A program made the translations under genes and the position numbers. Positions 41,019 through 50,623 of a stretch of 64,000 bases of DNA are shown here, in pieces (position 1 is the first letter of the stretch; each line of letters starts with the position of its first letter). Source of the DNA: Planctomycetota bacterium (GTDB taxonomy: Bacteria > Planctomycetota > B15-G4); NCBI GenBank assembly GCA_038212275.1, contig JBBQUR010000002.1:1-64000 (forward strand), read 5' to 3'. The notes under the pieces were generated by a model. The model worked only from the letters and a program-made list of their open reading frames with translations, was not told where the DNA came from and did no database searches.

Positions 41019-43562
41019 CTACGGCGTGGTGGCCTGCAGCGCGTTGCTCAACGCCACCTGTTTCAAGGCGATGATGTCGCTGATCGCGTACTGGAAGTAG
41101 ACCGCCGTGCCCGGAGCAAAGCCCGCCGGCCACGTGATCGGCAACGAGAGCCCGCCCGCTGTCGACGTGACGAGCGGAACGGCCAGCAGCGACGGCAGGG
41201 GAATCAGCGAGCCGCCCTTGAACGGCGATGGCACCGACGACAGCGACATGACGAGAAGGCACGCGGCCCCAGGGACCGTGTTGCCGAGCGAGAGTTCGCA
41301 TGCGGACCCGGGCTCCAGCGTGCCGGTCCCGACGAGGATGGGCGTGCCACTGCCTGCCAGGCCATGGCCCAGGTTCTCCCACGGACTGGCCGGGCCGCCC
41401 TGATTGAGCAGCACGGTGGCATAGGCCGGCGCCGGGCCGGACAGTCCCCCCGTGTTCGCCACGGCCAGGTCGAGCCGGCCGTCACCGTCGAGGTCGCTGG
41501 CGAGGAGGTCCATCGGGCCGGGCCCCACGCCGTAGTGCGTCGCGGCACCGAGCGAGCCGTTGCCGAGCCCACGCAGCACCGAGACGGAGTACCCGGTCAG
41601 GTTCGCCACCGCGAGATCGACCGTGCCATCTCCGCTGAAGTCACCAGGCGCAACGGCGTAGGGGTGACCTCCCACGGGATAGCTGACCTTCGGACCGAAC
41701 TGCCCTCCGCCGGTACCAGGCAGCAACGAGACGGTGTCGCTGGCGTAGTTCACCAGCGCGAGGTCGAGCGTGCCGTTGCCGTCGAAGTCGGCCAGTGCGA
41801 CTGACCGCGGCTGGGACCCCGCGGCGTACTTGTTCACGTGGCCGAAGGCGCCGCCACCCAGACCCAGGAGCACCGCCACGGCATCCGGGCTGCTGCCCGA
41901 AGCGACGATGTCGAGCGTGCCGTCGCCATTGAGGTCGCCGACGGCGATCGTCCCCGGATGACACTCCACGCCGTGCGGGACGGCCGCACCGAACAACCCG
42001 CCGCCGAGGCCCGGAAGGACGAGCACGTTGTTGGAGGCGTAGCTCGCCACGGCCACATCGAGGTGGCCGTCACCGGTAAGGTCGGCGATGACGACCGACT
42101 GCGAGGCGCTGCCTGTGAAGTGGGTGACGGGCGCAACGAACGTGCCGTCGCCCAGGCCGAAGAGAACGGAGACCCGCATGGAGCCCTCGTTCGTCACGAC
42201 GAGGTCGAGCGTGCCGTTCTCGTCGAGATCGCCGGCGGCGATCGACGTCGGTGCAGGGCCCGCGCCGTAGCCCGCGACGCTTCCGAACACGCCGCCCCCC
42301 TGGCCCAGCAGCACGGCGACGGTGTCGAAGTCCGTGTCGGTGAGCGCCAGGTCGGGGCGGCCGTCCGCATTGAAGTCTCCCGCCGCGAGGGACGTGGGGC
42401 ACGTTCCCACCAGGTATTCCGCCGGTGCGGCGAACACTCCGTGGCCCTGGCCCAGGAGCACGGCGACCGCGTCCACGTCCGCGTCGGGCAACGCCATGTC
42501 GAGCTGGCCATCCGCGTTGAGGTCGCCCAGCGCGATGTCGGGAGTCCCGGAACCCACGTGATAGGTGGTCACGTTGCCGAGAAGGCCCCCGCCCACGCCG
42601 GGCATCACGATGACTGACTTCGTGCCGGCCATCGACACCACCGCGTCGAGCCGCCCGTCGCCATCGACGTCGCCGAGTGCGATCGCGCGCGGCTTGGACA
42701 GGATGGCGTACGTCTTCGGCGGGCCGAACGAGCCGCCGCCCTGACCCAGCAGCACCGAGATCGTGTTGTGCGGGCTGTCGGTCAAGGCCGCGTCGGGCAG
42801 GCCGTCGCCATCGAGGTCGCCGAGCGCGAGCCGTTCGGGCGTGCCTCCCGTGGCGGCGCTCGTCGCCGCGCCGAACGCTCCGCCGCCCAGGTTCAGCAGC
42901 ACGGAAAGAGAGCCCGACTTGTTGTTCGTCACCACGAGATCGGGCGCGCCGTCGCCATCGACGTCGGCCACGGCGACCGACCTCGGGGACATGCCCACCG
43001 GCAAGGGTGTCGCTGCGCCGAACGAGCCACCGCCGAGTCCCGTCAGCACGGTGATCGTGTCCGAGGAGCTGTTCGTCACGATGAGTTCGGGCTGGCCGTC
43101 GCCGCCGAGGTCCGCGGCCACGATGGACTGGGCAGTCTCGCCCGCGAAGAAGCTCGTCGCTGCGCCGAAGTGTCCCCCGCCCAGACCCAGCAGGACGGAC
43201 ACCGTGCCCGACTTGGTGTTCGCCACGGCGAGATCGGGGACGCCGTCGCCGCTCAGGTCGCTCACGGCGACCGAGGTCGGGTTGAGGCCCACGCCGTAAT
43301 CCGTCACGGCACCGAACGCACCGCCGCCCATGCTCAGCAGCACGGCCACCGTGCCGGGCGTCGTGGAGAGTTTCGGCTTCGTCACGACGAGGTCGAGCAG
43401 CCCATCGCCGTCGAGGTCAACCAGCGCGACGGACTCCGCGTCGCCGCCGACGGCCTGCAGGAGCGGGGCCGGGAACAACATCGCGGACTGCGATGTGGCG
43501 CGGGTCGCGGACAACGCAAGACACAAGGCGCCCCACACGACGGCGTGCCGATGAAGTGCCAT
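41019..43562 (-). CDS. Secreted FG-GAP/VCBS repeat protein (14 repeats) plus shared C-terminal domain
   Basis: Signal peptide, 14 D(L/F/V)xxDGxxD-type repeats, and C-terminal WENLGHGLAG...PFKGG...SNALQATTP. Confidence 0.9.
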   Translation of the reverse strand: MALHRHAVVWGALCLALSATRATSQSAMLFPAPLLQAVGGDAESVALVDLDGDGLLDLVVTKPKLSTTPGTVAVLLSMGGGAFGAVTDYGVGLNPTSVAVSDLSGDGVPDLAVANTKSGTVSVLLGLGGGHFGAATSFFAGETAQSIVAADLGGDGQPELIVTNSSSDTITVLTGLGGGSFGAATPLPVGMSPRSVAVADVDGDGAPDLVVTNNKSGSLSVLLNLGGGAFGAATSAATGGTPERLALGDLDGDGLPDAALTDSPHNTISVLLGQGGGSFGPPKTYAILSKPRAIALGDVDGDGRLDAVVSMAGTKSVIVMPGVGGGLLGNVTTYHVGSGTPDIALGDLNADGQLDMALPDADVDAVAVLLGQGHGVFAAPAEYLVGTCPTSLAAGDFNADGRPDLALTDTDFDTVAVLLGQGGGVFGSVAGYGAGPAPTSIAAGDLDENGTLDLVVTNEGSMRVSVLFGLGDGTFVAPVTHFTGSASQSVVIADLTGDGHLDVAVASYASNNVLVLPGLGGGLFGAAVPHGVECHPGTIAVGDLNGDGTLDIVASGSSPDAVAVLLGLGGGAFGHVNKYAAGSQPRSVALADFDGNGTLDLALVNYASDTVSLLPGTGGGQFGPKVSYPVGGHPYAVAPGDFSGDGTVDLAVANLTGYSVSVLRGLGNGSLGAATHYGVGPGPMDLLASDLDGDGRLDLAVANTGGLSGPAPAYATVLLNQGGPASPWENLGHGLAGSGTPILVGTGTLEPGSACELSLGNTVPGAACLLVMSLSSVPSPFKGGSLIPLPSLLAVPLVTSTAGGLSLPITWPAGFAPGTAVYFQYAISDIIALKQVALSNALQATTP

Positions 43563-43774
43563 GAGATCCCCTATTCTTTCCTGGGAAAGTTCCCTTGCCA
43601 CGGCCCGAACGATCCGAGGCATGTTAATCCGAACGGCCGGTGCTGACCATGTGGCGTCGACCCCGACCCGGTCGTGGCCGGCGGGCGCTCTGCCACGGTT
43701 ATCATCCCGCGGCTGTCGCCGACTCCCGCCACGCACGACTCCAACGACTCCCTCCACGCCCCGCGAGACCCCAC

Positions 43775-44257
43775 ATGAAGCTCCCCTTCTTCAGCCGCAA
43801 GCCGCCCGAGCTGCTCGCACCCGGCACTCCGGCGCCCGCCTTCGATGTGCTCGACCATCACGGCGCGCGCGTGCGGCTTGCCGACCTGCGCGGCCGGCGC
43901 CTGCTGCTGTGGTTCTATCCCAAGGCCAGCACCGGCGGCTGAACCGCGCAGGGCAAGGGGTTCCGTGATCGAATCCCCACCATCGGCGACAAGGGCCTCA
44001 TCCTCGGCGTGTCCTTCGACACGCCCGCGGACAACAAGACGTTCGCGGACGCGCAGGGCTTTCCCTTCCAGCTCCTGTGCGACACCGACAAGTCCATGAG
44101 CATCGCGTACCGTGCGTGCGCCGACCGCGGCGCGAAGTATCCCGACCGCATCACCTACATCATCGACGCCGAGGGCCGCATCGAGTCGGCCGAGCGCGTC
44201 GCGAACATCGCCGAGCACGTGGAGTCCGCAACGAAGCGGCTCTGCCGGCTCACCTGA
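43775..44257 (+). CDS. bcp: Selenocysteine-containing peroxiredoxin (BCP/PrxQ, AhpC-TSA family)
   Basis: WFYPKASTGG-TGA(43940-43942)-TAQGKGFRD...LGVSFD...FPFQLLCD...RITYIID is one continuous frame, with TGA at the peroxidatic Cys position. Confidence 0.88.
43957..43978 (+). promoter_or_regulatory. Candidate bacterial SECIS hairpin
   Basis: Stem GGGGTTC / GAATCCC, loop CGTGATC starting 21 nt after the TGA with G at loop position 2. Confidence 0.65.
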
Positions 44258-44361
44258 CCACGCACCTCACACCTGACATCACGCACCAGGCACCCGGCCT
44301 GCGGCCCCCGCGCCGCAGGCCGGCCACGCCTGCCGAACGCGCGACCCGCCGGAGCATGACC

Positions 44362-44862
44362 ATGACCATCACCACGCAATCGCTGCTCGACTTGCTCTCC
44401 GCGCCGCTGGCCGCAGCCGCGCAAGCCCACTGCAAGGACCCGGGCGGCGCGCGCGCCGTGCTGCACCGCCTCTATCCGCCGGAGGGCAAGGACAGCCAGG
44501 CTCTGCGCGCGGCGCTGCTCGAGGCCGTCGCGTCCGGCGTCATCTGCGACAAGGGCAAGGGCGACATCCGCTACAGCCGCCTGAGCAAGCCGGACGCGAG
44601 CACGCGCGACTTCTCCATCGACTTCGTGTGGATGACCGGCCCCGGCATCAACCACCGCCACCCGCAGGGCGAGATCAACCTCTGCTACGCCGTGGAGGGC
44701 GACCCGCGCTTCGACGGCCAGCCCGAGGGCTGGGTCGTGTTCCCGCCCGGCTCGGCGCACGTGCCGACGGTGACGGGCGGGCGCATGCTCATCGTTTACT
44801 TCCTGCCGCAGGGCGCCGTGGAGTGGATCACCGACGGGGCGAAGTCGCGGGCGGACGGGTGA
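44362..44862 (+). CDS. DUF4863 / 4-hydroxylaminobenzoate lyase (PnbB)-like cupin
   Basis: IRYSRL, FSIDFV, HRHPQGEI, FDG...GWVV.PPGSAH.PTVTGG and YFLPQGA. Confidence 0.8.
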   Translation: MTITTQSLLDLLSAPLAAAAQAHCKDPGGARAVLHRLYPPEGKDSQALRAALLEAVASGVICDKGKGDIRYSRLSKPDASTRDFSIDFVWMTGPGINHRHPQGEINLCYAVEGDPRFDGQPEGWVVFPPGSAHVPTVTGGRMLIVYFLPQGAVEWITDGAKSRADG

Positions 44863-45641
44863 GGGGTTGGCGGTGGGGCTTGGTTCCGCTTGGGGGGTCC
44901 GGACGCTGCCGTGACGGCGAGACGAGGGGGAGTCGCGTGGCGCGGTGAGTGCGCCGTCGAGGGGGCGGCGGGCCGCCTCGGTCAACGACCCGCCATGCGA
45001 AGACCGGTGCCAAAGCGAGAGGCGCTCGTGGCGGTCGGAATCTAGCGGTCCGCCGCCCCCTCGCCGCGCACGCTGACGCACGTTTCTCCGCGCGGACGAG
45101 TGGCAGCGTCCGGCCCTCGGCGCTCCGCCTCGCGACGATCGGGCGTCCGCTTCTACGCGTGTTGAACGAGAACCCGCAACGAGATGACGGCGAACTTGTG
45201 GTGCAACCAGGCATCGCCCGAAGCGTGTGAGAAGAAGCGCAGGCGCGTTCGTGCATCGTGCGGTGCGTCTCCCCGATCGTGCCGCGGCCACTCGTGTCGG
45301 GCGCGCTCGGTGTTCGTTCCCCAGCTTCGCCGTGCTTGCAGTTCCGTCGTGCGCATCGTTGAACTCGTGGCGGCGTCGAGGAGCGCGTGCGGCGGGGGTG
45401 CTGCTCGCTTCGTCCGACCGGAGACCCGTGCGTTGCCGTGCGCGGCGACGGGGCTGCGGGCGTCAAGATTAGGCCGCCGCATGCGGCCAGGGCGTTGGCG
45501 CGCCGTTTCCTCGGCGCGCCGTCTGACCGAAGACGTCCGCAGCCCCGTCGACGGCGCACTGCAATCCCAGCCCGACTCACCGACCTCACGCTGACCGTGC
45601 GAGCAGCACCCCCGCCCCCACAAGCGGAACAAAGCCGCCCG

Positions 45642-46367
45642 TCAGAGCAGCGTGGCGCGCAACACCGCCAGCACGACGATGAGCGCCTCCAACCCGACCG
45701 TGCCCCGCTCGCGCCGCAGCACCTTGACCCACGGGTAGTCCTCCCGCGTGTCGGGGCGCGGAAGGCCGTCCGGGCGCGTGAGGCGCGGGATGAAGCGCGG
45801 CACGAGGCGGCAGTATTCCGGGTAGTCGTCGGCGTAGAGCTTGATGAGGATCGACTCCTCCCAGCGCACGACGAAGTGGTACCAGAGCATGGAGGACACG
45901 GCGGCCACGGCGCCGAACCACGCCGGGCCGAAGAGCAGGCACGCACCGGCGATGCCCGCGGTGTTCGCGACGTAGAGCGGGTTGCGCACCAGCCCGAACG
46001 GCCCGCCGGTGACGAGCACCTTCTTCTCCTGCGCCTTGCGCGCATGAACACGCGCCGCGCCGCGAATGTGCTTGGCGGACCAGAGCCTCCCGAAGAGGTG
46101 CACGCCCAGCAGCACGCCGCCGAGGATCATCGCATCGCGCTGCGCGCGCCCGACGGTCAGGCCCAGGACCACGGCCGTCGTGAGCAGCACCGGGTGGATC
46201 CAGCGCCGCAGCTCGAAGAGCCTGGCGCCCGCCGAACGGTCCAGCGGAAGTGCTGCCTCGCCATTCTCGTGGCCGGGGCTTGCTCCCGTCCGACCGGCGC
46301 CGGCCGACGCCACGGAGCCGGAAGCTCCCGCCTGCTGCCCGATGACCTGCGACTTGCCGCGCTCCAT
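45642..46367 (-). CDS. Isoprenylcysteine carboxylmethyltransferase (ICMT/PEMT)-family membrane protein
   Basis: LVTGGPFGLVRNPLY, EE..L...Y...YPEYCRLVPRFIP. Confidence 0.85.
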   Translation of the reverse strand: MERGKSQVIGQQAGASGSVASAGAGRTGASPGHENGEAALPLDRSAGARLFELRRWIHPVLLTTAVVLGLTVGRAQRDAMILGGVLLGVHLFGRLWSAKHIRGAARVHARKAQEKKVLVTGGPFGLVRNPLYVANTAGIAGACLLFGPAWFGAVAAVSSMLWYHFVVRWEESILIKLYADDYPEYCRLVPRFIPRLTRPDGLPRPDTREDYPWVKVLRRERGTVGLEALIVVLAVLRATLL

Positions 46368-46392
46368 GCGCCGCCCAGTATGCCGGATCGCG

Positions 46393-47265
46393 TCAGCGCA
46401 AGCCCGCGCGGAGGACCCCGTCCAGCACGGCCAGCAACGCATACTTGCCGTGCGGCCTGTCGCGGCGCGCCTCGCGCCGACGGTCGAAGGCCCAGACGGC
46501 GCGCCAGACGGGCGACGGGTGGCGCAAGTAATGCGCGACGCTCGCCTGCAGTCGCGACCTGTCTGCGTAGCCCCGGACGAAGGCCTCCACGTCGCTGCGC
46601 AGGCGCTGCGCGTCGGACTTGCTGCAGCGCGCCAGCGAGCGCAGGCAGGCGGCGATTTCCTTGGCGAGCAGCGGCGACAGGTTGCGACGCGCGCGGAAGC
46701 TGTTCTCCAGGTCGAAGCTCGCGAATCGCAGCGCGCTCACCGGCCGCGAGGCGGCCTCCGTCCACGCGGCGCCGGCCGGCGCCGCCACGAGCACGTGTTG
46801 CACGCCTCCGTGCTCCTGGACGAGGGCCGCCTCGCCCAGCGACAGCGCACGGGCGTGGCGCTTCGCGGTGTCCGCTGCGAAGCGTTCGATGAGGGCCTCG
46901 CGCCGGGAGCGCGGCAGCGCAGGGTCGGCGAGCAGCGCGGAGAGCAGCGGACCGTCCACGAACTCGAGCACGAGGGTGCGCGGACCGGCGAGTTCCGGGT
47001 GACGCGCGGACAGCTCGGCCGGCACGTCGAAGCCCTGCTCGCGCCAGAGCGCCAGCAGGCGCGCCTCGGTGGCGCGTCGCGCCGCCGCCCGCGTGCCGGT
47101 TTTCCCGCCGCGCAGGCGGCTGGCCAGCTCGCGGCCCCATGCATGCAGCCAGGAACCGCGCTCCGCGTACAGCTTCTGCAGCACCGGGCCGTGCGCGGTC
47201 TGCACGCGCCAGATGCGGTTTCCGTCAAGCCGGAGCAGCTCGCGGGCTGCGGCCGCCTTCGGCAC
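46393..47265 (-). CDS. Atypical kinase-like protein (InaA/Kdo/RIO-like), paralog 2
   Basis: QKLY, EARLLALWREQGFDVP, LVLEFVDG, QEHGGVQHV and FDLE; aligns by eye with the upstream gene. Confidence 0.55.
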   Translation of the reverse strand: MPKAAAARELLRLDGNRIWRVQTAHGPVLQKLYAERGSWLHAWGRELASRLRGGKTGTRAAARRATEARLLALWREQGFDVPAELSARHPELAGPRTLVLEFVDGPLLSALLADPALPRSRREALIERFAADTAKRHARALSLGEAALVQEHGGVQHVLVAAPAGAAWTEAASRPVSALRFASFDLENSFRARRNLSPLLAKEIAACLRSLARCSKSDAQRLRSDVEAFVRGYADRSRLQASVAHYLRHPSPVWRAVWAFDRRREARRDRPHGKYALLAVLDGVLRAGLR

Positions 47266-47267
47266 CG

Positions 47268-48212
47268 TCAGCTCCCGCGCGTGAGCGAGGCCGCGTCGAG
47301 GCGGCGCTTGAGGTCGCGCGCCACGCCGTACTTGCTGTACTTGCTGTGGTGGCGCGGCTTCAGGCGCACGTCGAGCCAGCGCCCGACGCGGATGACGGGG
47401 TTGTCGTTCGCGAAGGCGTGCTCCCAGGCCGCCAGCAGCAGCGTCTTGTCCGGGTAGTGCGCGACGAGTTCATCCATGAGGCGCTCGTAGAGTTCGTCGC
47501 CGAAGAATTTTCCGGCCGAGCGCATGTAGGCCAGGATCTCGCGGCCGACGAGGTCGCGCACATTCCGCGAACGGAAGCAGATCTCGAAGTCGAAGTAGGT
47601 GAAGCCACCCTGCCAGAGCATCACGTGCTTCACGTCGCCGTTCTCGTGGATGAGCATCGGCTCGCGTTCGCGCACGGCGATCATGTGCCGGCGGTGCCAC
47701 TCGGGCACCCAGCGGCGCCACATGGCGAGGCGCTCCTCCAACGGGACGGCCGCGTCTTTGAAGTACTCGCGGAAGTGCCGGCCCGGCGTCCAGTCGTAGA
47801 GCATGTAGCCCTCGTCCGGCAGGCCGGCGACGCGCACCTCGGGGTGCATGCCGAAGCAGCGGAAGCCGTGCTTCTCCCAGAGCCGGACCGAAGCGACCTC
47901 GTGACGGAAACGCGCGCGCGGCATCTGCGACGTGCGGCCCGTCAGCAGCAGGTTGCCGAGCGTTTTCTTCATGTAGAGGAGCGAGCTGCGGCTGCCGTAG
48001 TAGACCTTCAGCACGGCGAAGCCGTCGGTGCCTCCCGCGAAGGGAATGCGCCAGAGGAAGTTGCCCTCGCCGGCAAGCACCTTTTTCTCCAGGCCGTCGA
48101 GGCTCAGCGTGACAGGAGCGCGCGGCGACGACGTGCCGGGCGCCACCGGCGTGCCGCCCGCTTCGGGTGCACGGCGTTCGGGCCGCTCGGCAGTTCCGCT
48201 GTCGCTGGGCAA
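47268..48212 (-). CDS. Atypical kinase-like protein (InaA/Kdo/RIO-like), paralog 1
   Basis: LKVY, EVASVRLWEKHGF, IHENGDVKHV and FDFE; TTG start with GAGGAG RBS (start uncertain). Confidence 0.55.
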   Translation of the reverse strand: MPSDSGTAERPERRAPEAGGTPVAPGTSSPRAPVTLSLDGLEKKVLAGEGNFLWRIPFAGGTDGFAVLKVYYGSRSSLLYMKKTLGNLLLTGRTSQMPRARFRHEVASVRLWEKHGFRCFGMHPEVRVAGLPDEGYMLYDWTPGRHFREYFKDAAVPLEERLAMWRRWVPEWHRRHMIAVREREPMLIHENGDVKHVMLWQGGFTYFDFEICFRSRNVRDLVGREILAYMRSAGKFFGDELYERLMDELVAHYPDKTLLLAAWEHAFANDNPVIRVGRWLDVRLKPRHHSKYSKYGVARDLKRRLDAASLTRGS

Positions 48213-48423
48213 GTCCGCTCTCTCCTCTGATGAATCGCGCCGGTGATGAATCGCGTCGGCGCGGCGTGCGAGTCCCGCGGCCATGGCGGTCTTGTCATCG
48301 TGCCGTGGAAGGGCGCACCATACAACGGTCGGAGATGGGCCCATCACGGCCCACCATGCCCCGCCTCCGGCACGCGAGACCCGCGCCATGACCGCCGCTG
48401 CAAAGCCAGCCAGCCCGCGCTGC

Positions 48424-49089
48424 ATGAAAATCCTGGTCGTGGACGACGACCCCAAGCTGCGCGCCTTCGTGACCCGCGGCCTGACCGAGTCCGGGATGAG
48501 CTGCACCACCGCGCCGGACGGCGAGACGGCGCTGGCCCTGCTGCGCCGCGAGAAGTTCGACCTCATGCTCCTCGACGTCATGCTTCCGGGCCTGCAGGGT
48601 TGGGACGTGCAGGAGGCGGCCCGGCGCGAGGGCATCCGCGTGCCGGTCATCTGGGTCACGGCGCGCGACGCGCTGGACGAACGCCTGCGCGGCCTGGCCA
48701 TGGGCGACGACTACGTGGTCAAGCCCTTCGCCTTCGCGGAGCTCGTGGCGCGCATCCAGGTCGTGCTGCGACGGCACGAAGACGAGCACGTGCTGCGCAT
48801 CGGCGACCTCGAGATGGACCTGCTTGCGGGCACTGTCCGCCGTGCCGGCAAGCCGCTGGACCTGACGCGCACCGAATTCTCCCTGCTGCGCCAGCTCGCG
48901 GAGCGCCCGGGCGAGACCATCTCGCGCACGGAGCTGCTGAAGTCCGTCTGGAACATCGAGTTCGACCCGGGCACCAATGTGGTCGACGTGCACATCCGGC
49001 GCCTGCGCCGCAAGATCGACGAGCCGTTCGACGCGCCGTTGATCCACACCGTCAGGGGCTCCGGATATGTCGTCACCCAGCACGCCTGA
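48424..49089 (+). CDS. OmpR-family response regulator (CusR/CzcR-like)
   Basis: MKILVVDDD, LDVMLPG, DDYVVKPFAFAEL and FDPGTNVVDVHIRRLRRKID. Confidence 0.93.
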   Translation: MKILVVDDDPKLRAFVTRGLTESGMSCTTAPDGETALALLRREKFDLMLLDVMLPGLQGWDVQEAARREGIRVPVIWVTARDALDERLRGLAMGDDYVVKPFAFAELVARIQVVLRRHEDEHVLRIGDLEMDLLAGTVRRAGKPLDLTRTEFSLLRQLAERPGETISRTELLKSVWNIEFDPGTNVVDVHIRRLRRKIDEPFDAPLIHTVRGSGYVVTQHA

Positions 49090-50623
49090 CGACGCGGCCG
49101 GCGGACCCATCGCCACGCGGCCCCAGCAGATGCACTGGTCGCTGACACGCCGCATGGCGCTGATCTTCGCGCTGACCACCACCATGATCATCACGATCTT
49201 CGGCGTGTGGAACGGATTCCTGCTCTGCACCGCGCTGCGCACCGAGATGACGGAACTCATCGAGCACGAGACCCGCGAGCTGGTCCTCGAACTGGAGGAT
49301 TCGGACGGCAGCGAGGCCGCCGTGCGCGAACACGTGAGCGACGTGGAACAGGTCTTCGTGAAGCCCGCGTGCGCCTACATCGTGCGCAATCGCCGGGGAG
49401 AGCTCATCGCCCAGGCCGGCAAGGAGCGCCTCCTCCACGCCGAGACGACGGAGATCCCGCCTGGCGCGACCCCCAGCCTGTCGCAACTCATGGGCACCGC
49501 TCCGTTGAGCTCAACGCGGCAGGTGACCGGCCACGACCTCGAGGTGCAGGTGATCGTCGACGGAGCGCCGACGCGCGCCACGCTGCTCACGTTCCTGCGC
49601 TCGATGGTGGTGTCCTTCCTCGTGGCGCTCGGACTGGCCGCGCTCGCGGGCTGGTACACCGCGTGGCGCGGCCTCGCCGGCCTGCGCGCGCTGGTCGCCC
49701 AGACGCGCATCATCGATGCGCACTCGATGCAGCAGTCCGGCTCGCGCCCGCGGCTGCAGCTCGATGGTGCGCCGCAGGAACTGCACCGTCTCGGCGAGGA
49801 GCTGGACGCGATGTTCCAGCGCATCGACGACGGCCTCGGACAGATGCGCACGTTCACGGCCGGCCTCGCGCACGAGCTGCGCTCGCCGCTGCAGAACCTC
49901 ATCGGCGAGACCGAGGTCGCGCTCATGTCGCCGCGCGAGAGCGACGAATACCGCGCGCTGCTGCACAGCAATCTCGAGGACCTGTCGGACCTGTCCGACG
50001 CCATCGACAACCTCATCACCTGGTGCCGCACGAACGACCCGGGCCGGCAGAAGGGCGCGCACGAGTCCTTCGACCTCGCGGCGGAATCCCGCCTGCGCCT
50101 GCAGCGCGAGCGCCGCTCGGCGGAACGCGACGGCGTGACGCTGGAGTTCGACGCGACAGGCGATACCACGCTCGTGGCGGACCGCGAGGCCGCCTTGCGC
50201 GTGCTGCGCAACCTCGTCGCCAATGCCATCGCCTGGAGCCCGCGGGACAACGTCGTGTCCGTGCGCATCGATGGCCAGTCGGACCGCGTGGCCATTCGCG
50301 TCGAGGACAGGGGGCCGGGCATCCCGCCGGAACTGGGCGAGCAGATCTTCCTGCCCTTCATCAGCGGGCGCCAGCAGCGCGGGCGCCGCGGGGGCTATGG
50401 CCTGGGCCTCGCCATCTGCCGCTCCATCATGACCGACCACGGCGGCAGCCTGCACTACGAGGCGCGCGAACAGGGCGGCACGCGTTTCACCGCGGAGTTC
50501 CCGCGCGTCGCTCGGGCGCCGGGCGCCACGCGCAGCGCCGCGTCCTCGGATCGGAACGGTCAGCGCGGAACGAGCCGCACCACGTCGGCCGGTTCGGTCC
50601 TGAGCAGCAGCAGCTCGCCCTGA
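49067..50623 (+). CDS. Sensor histidine kinase (CusS/CzcS-like)
   Basis: Two TM segments, AHELRSPLQNL, NLVANAI, EDRGPGI and GYGLGLAI. Confidence 0.92.
   Translation: MSSPSTPDDAAGGPIATRPQQMHWSLTRRMALIFALTTTMIITIFGVWNGFLLCTALRTEMTELIEHETRELVLELEDSDGSEAAVREHVSDVEQVFVKPACAYIVRNRRGELIAQAGKERLLHAETTEIPPGATPSLSQLMGTAPLSSTRQVTGHDLEVQVIVDGAPTRATLLTFLRSMVVSFLVALGLAALAGWYTAWRGLAGLRALVAQTRIIDAHSMQQSGSRPRLQLDGAPQELHRLGEELDAMFQRIDDGLGQMRTFTAGLAHELRSPLQNLIGETEVALMSPRESDEYRALLHSNLEDLSDLSDAIDNLITWCRTNDPGRQKGAHESFDLAAESRLRLQRERRSAERDGVTLEFDATGDTTLVADREAALRVLRNLVANAIAWSPRDNVVSVRIDGQSDRVAIRVEDRGPGIPPELGEQIFLPFISGRQQRGRRGGYGLGLAICRSIMTDHGGSLHYEAREQGGTRFTAEFPRVARAPGATRSAASSDRNGQRGTSRTTSAGSVLSSSSSP

Noticed and set aside
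38631..43942. Genome-wide TGA reassignment (code 4/25) to explain the in-frame TGAs
   Set aside because: Many intact genes here end in TGA at their expected C-termini (eptA, pckG, truB, csp). The two internal TGAs fall only at redox-motif positions.
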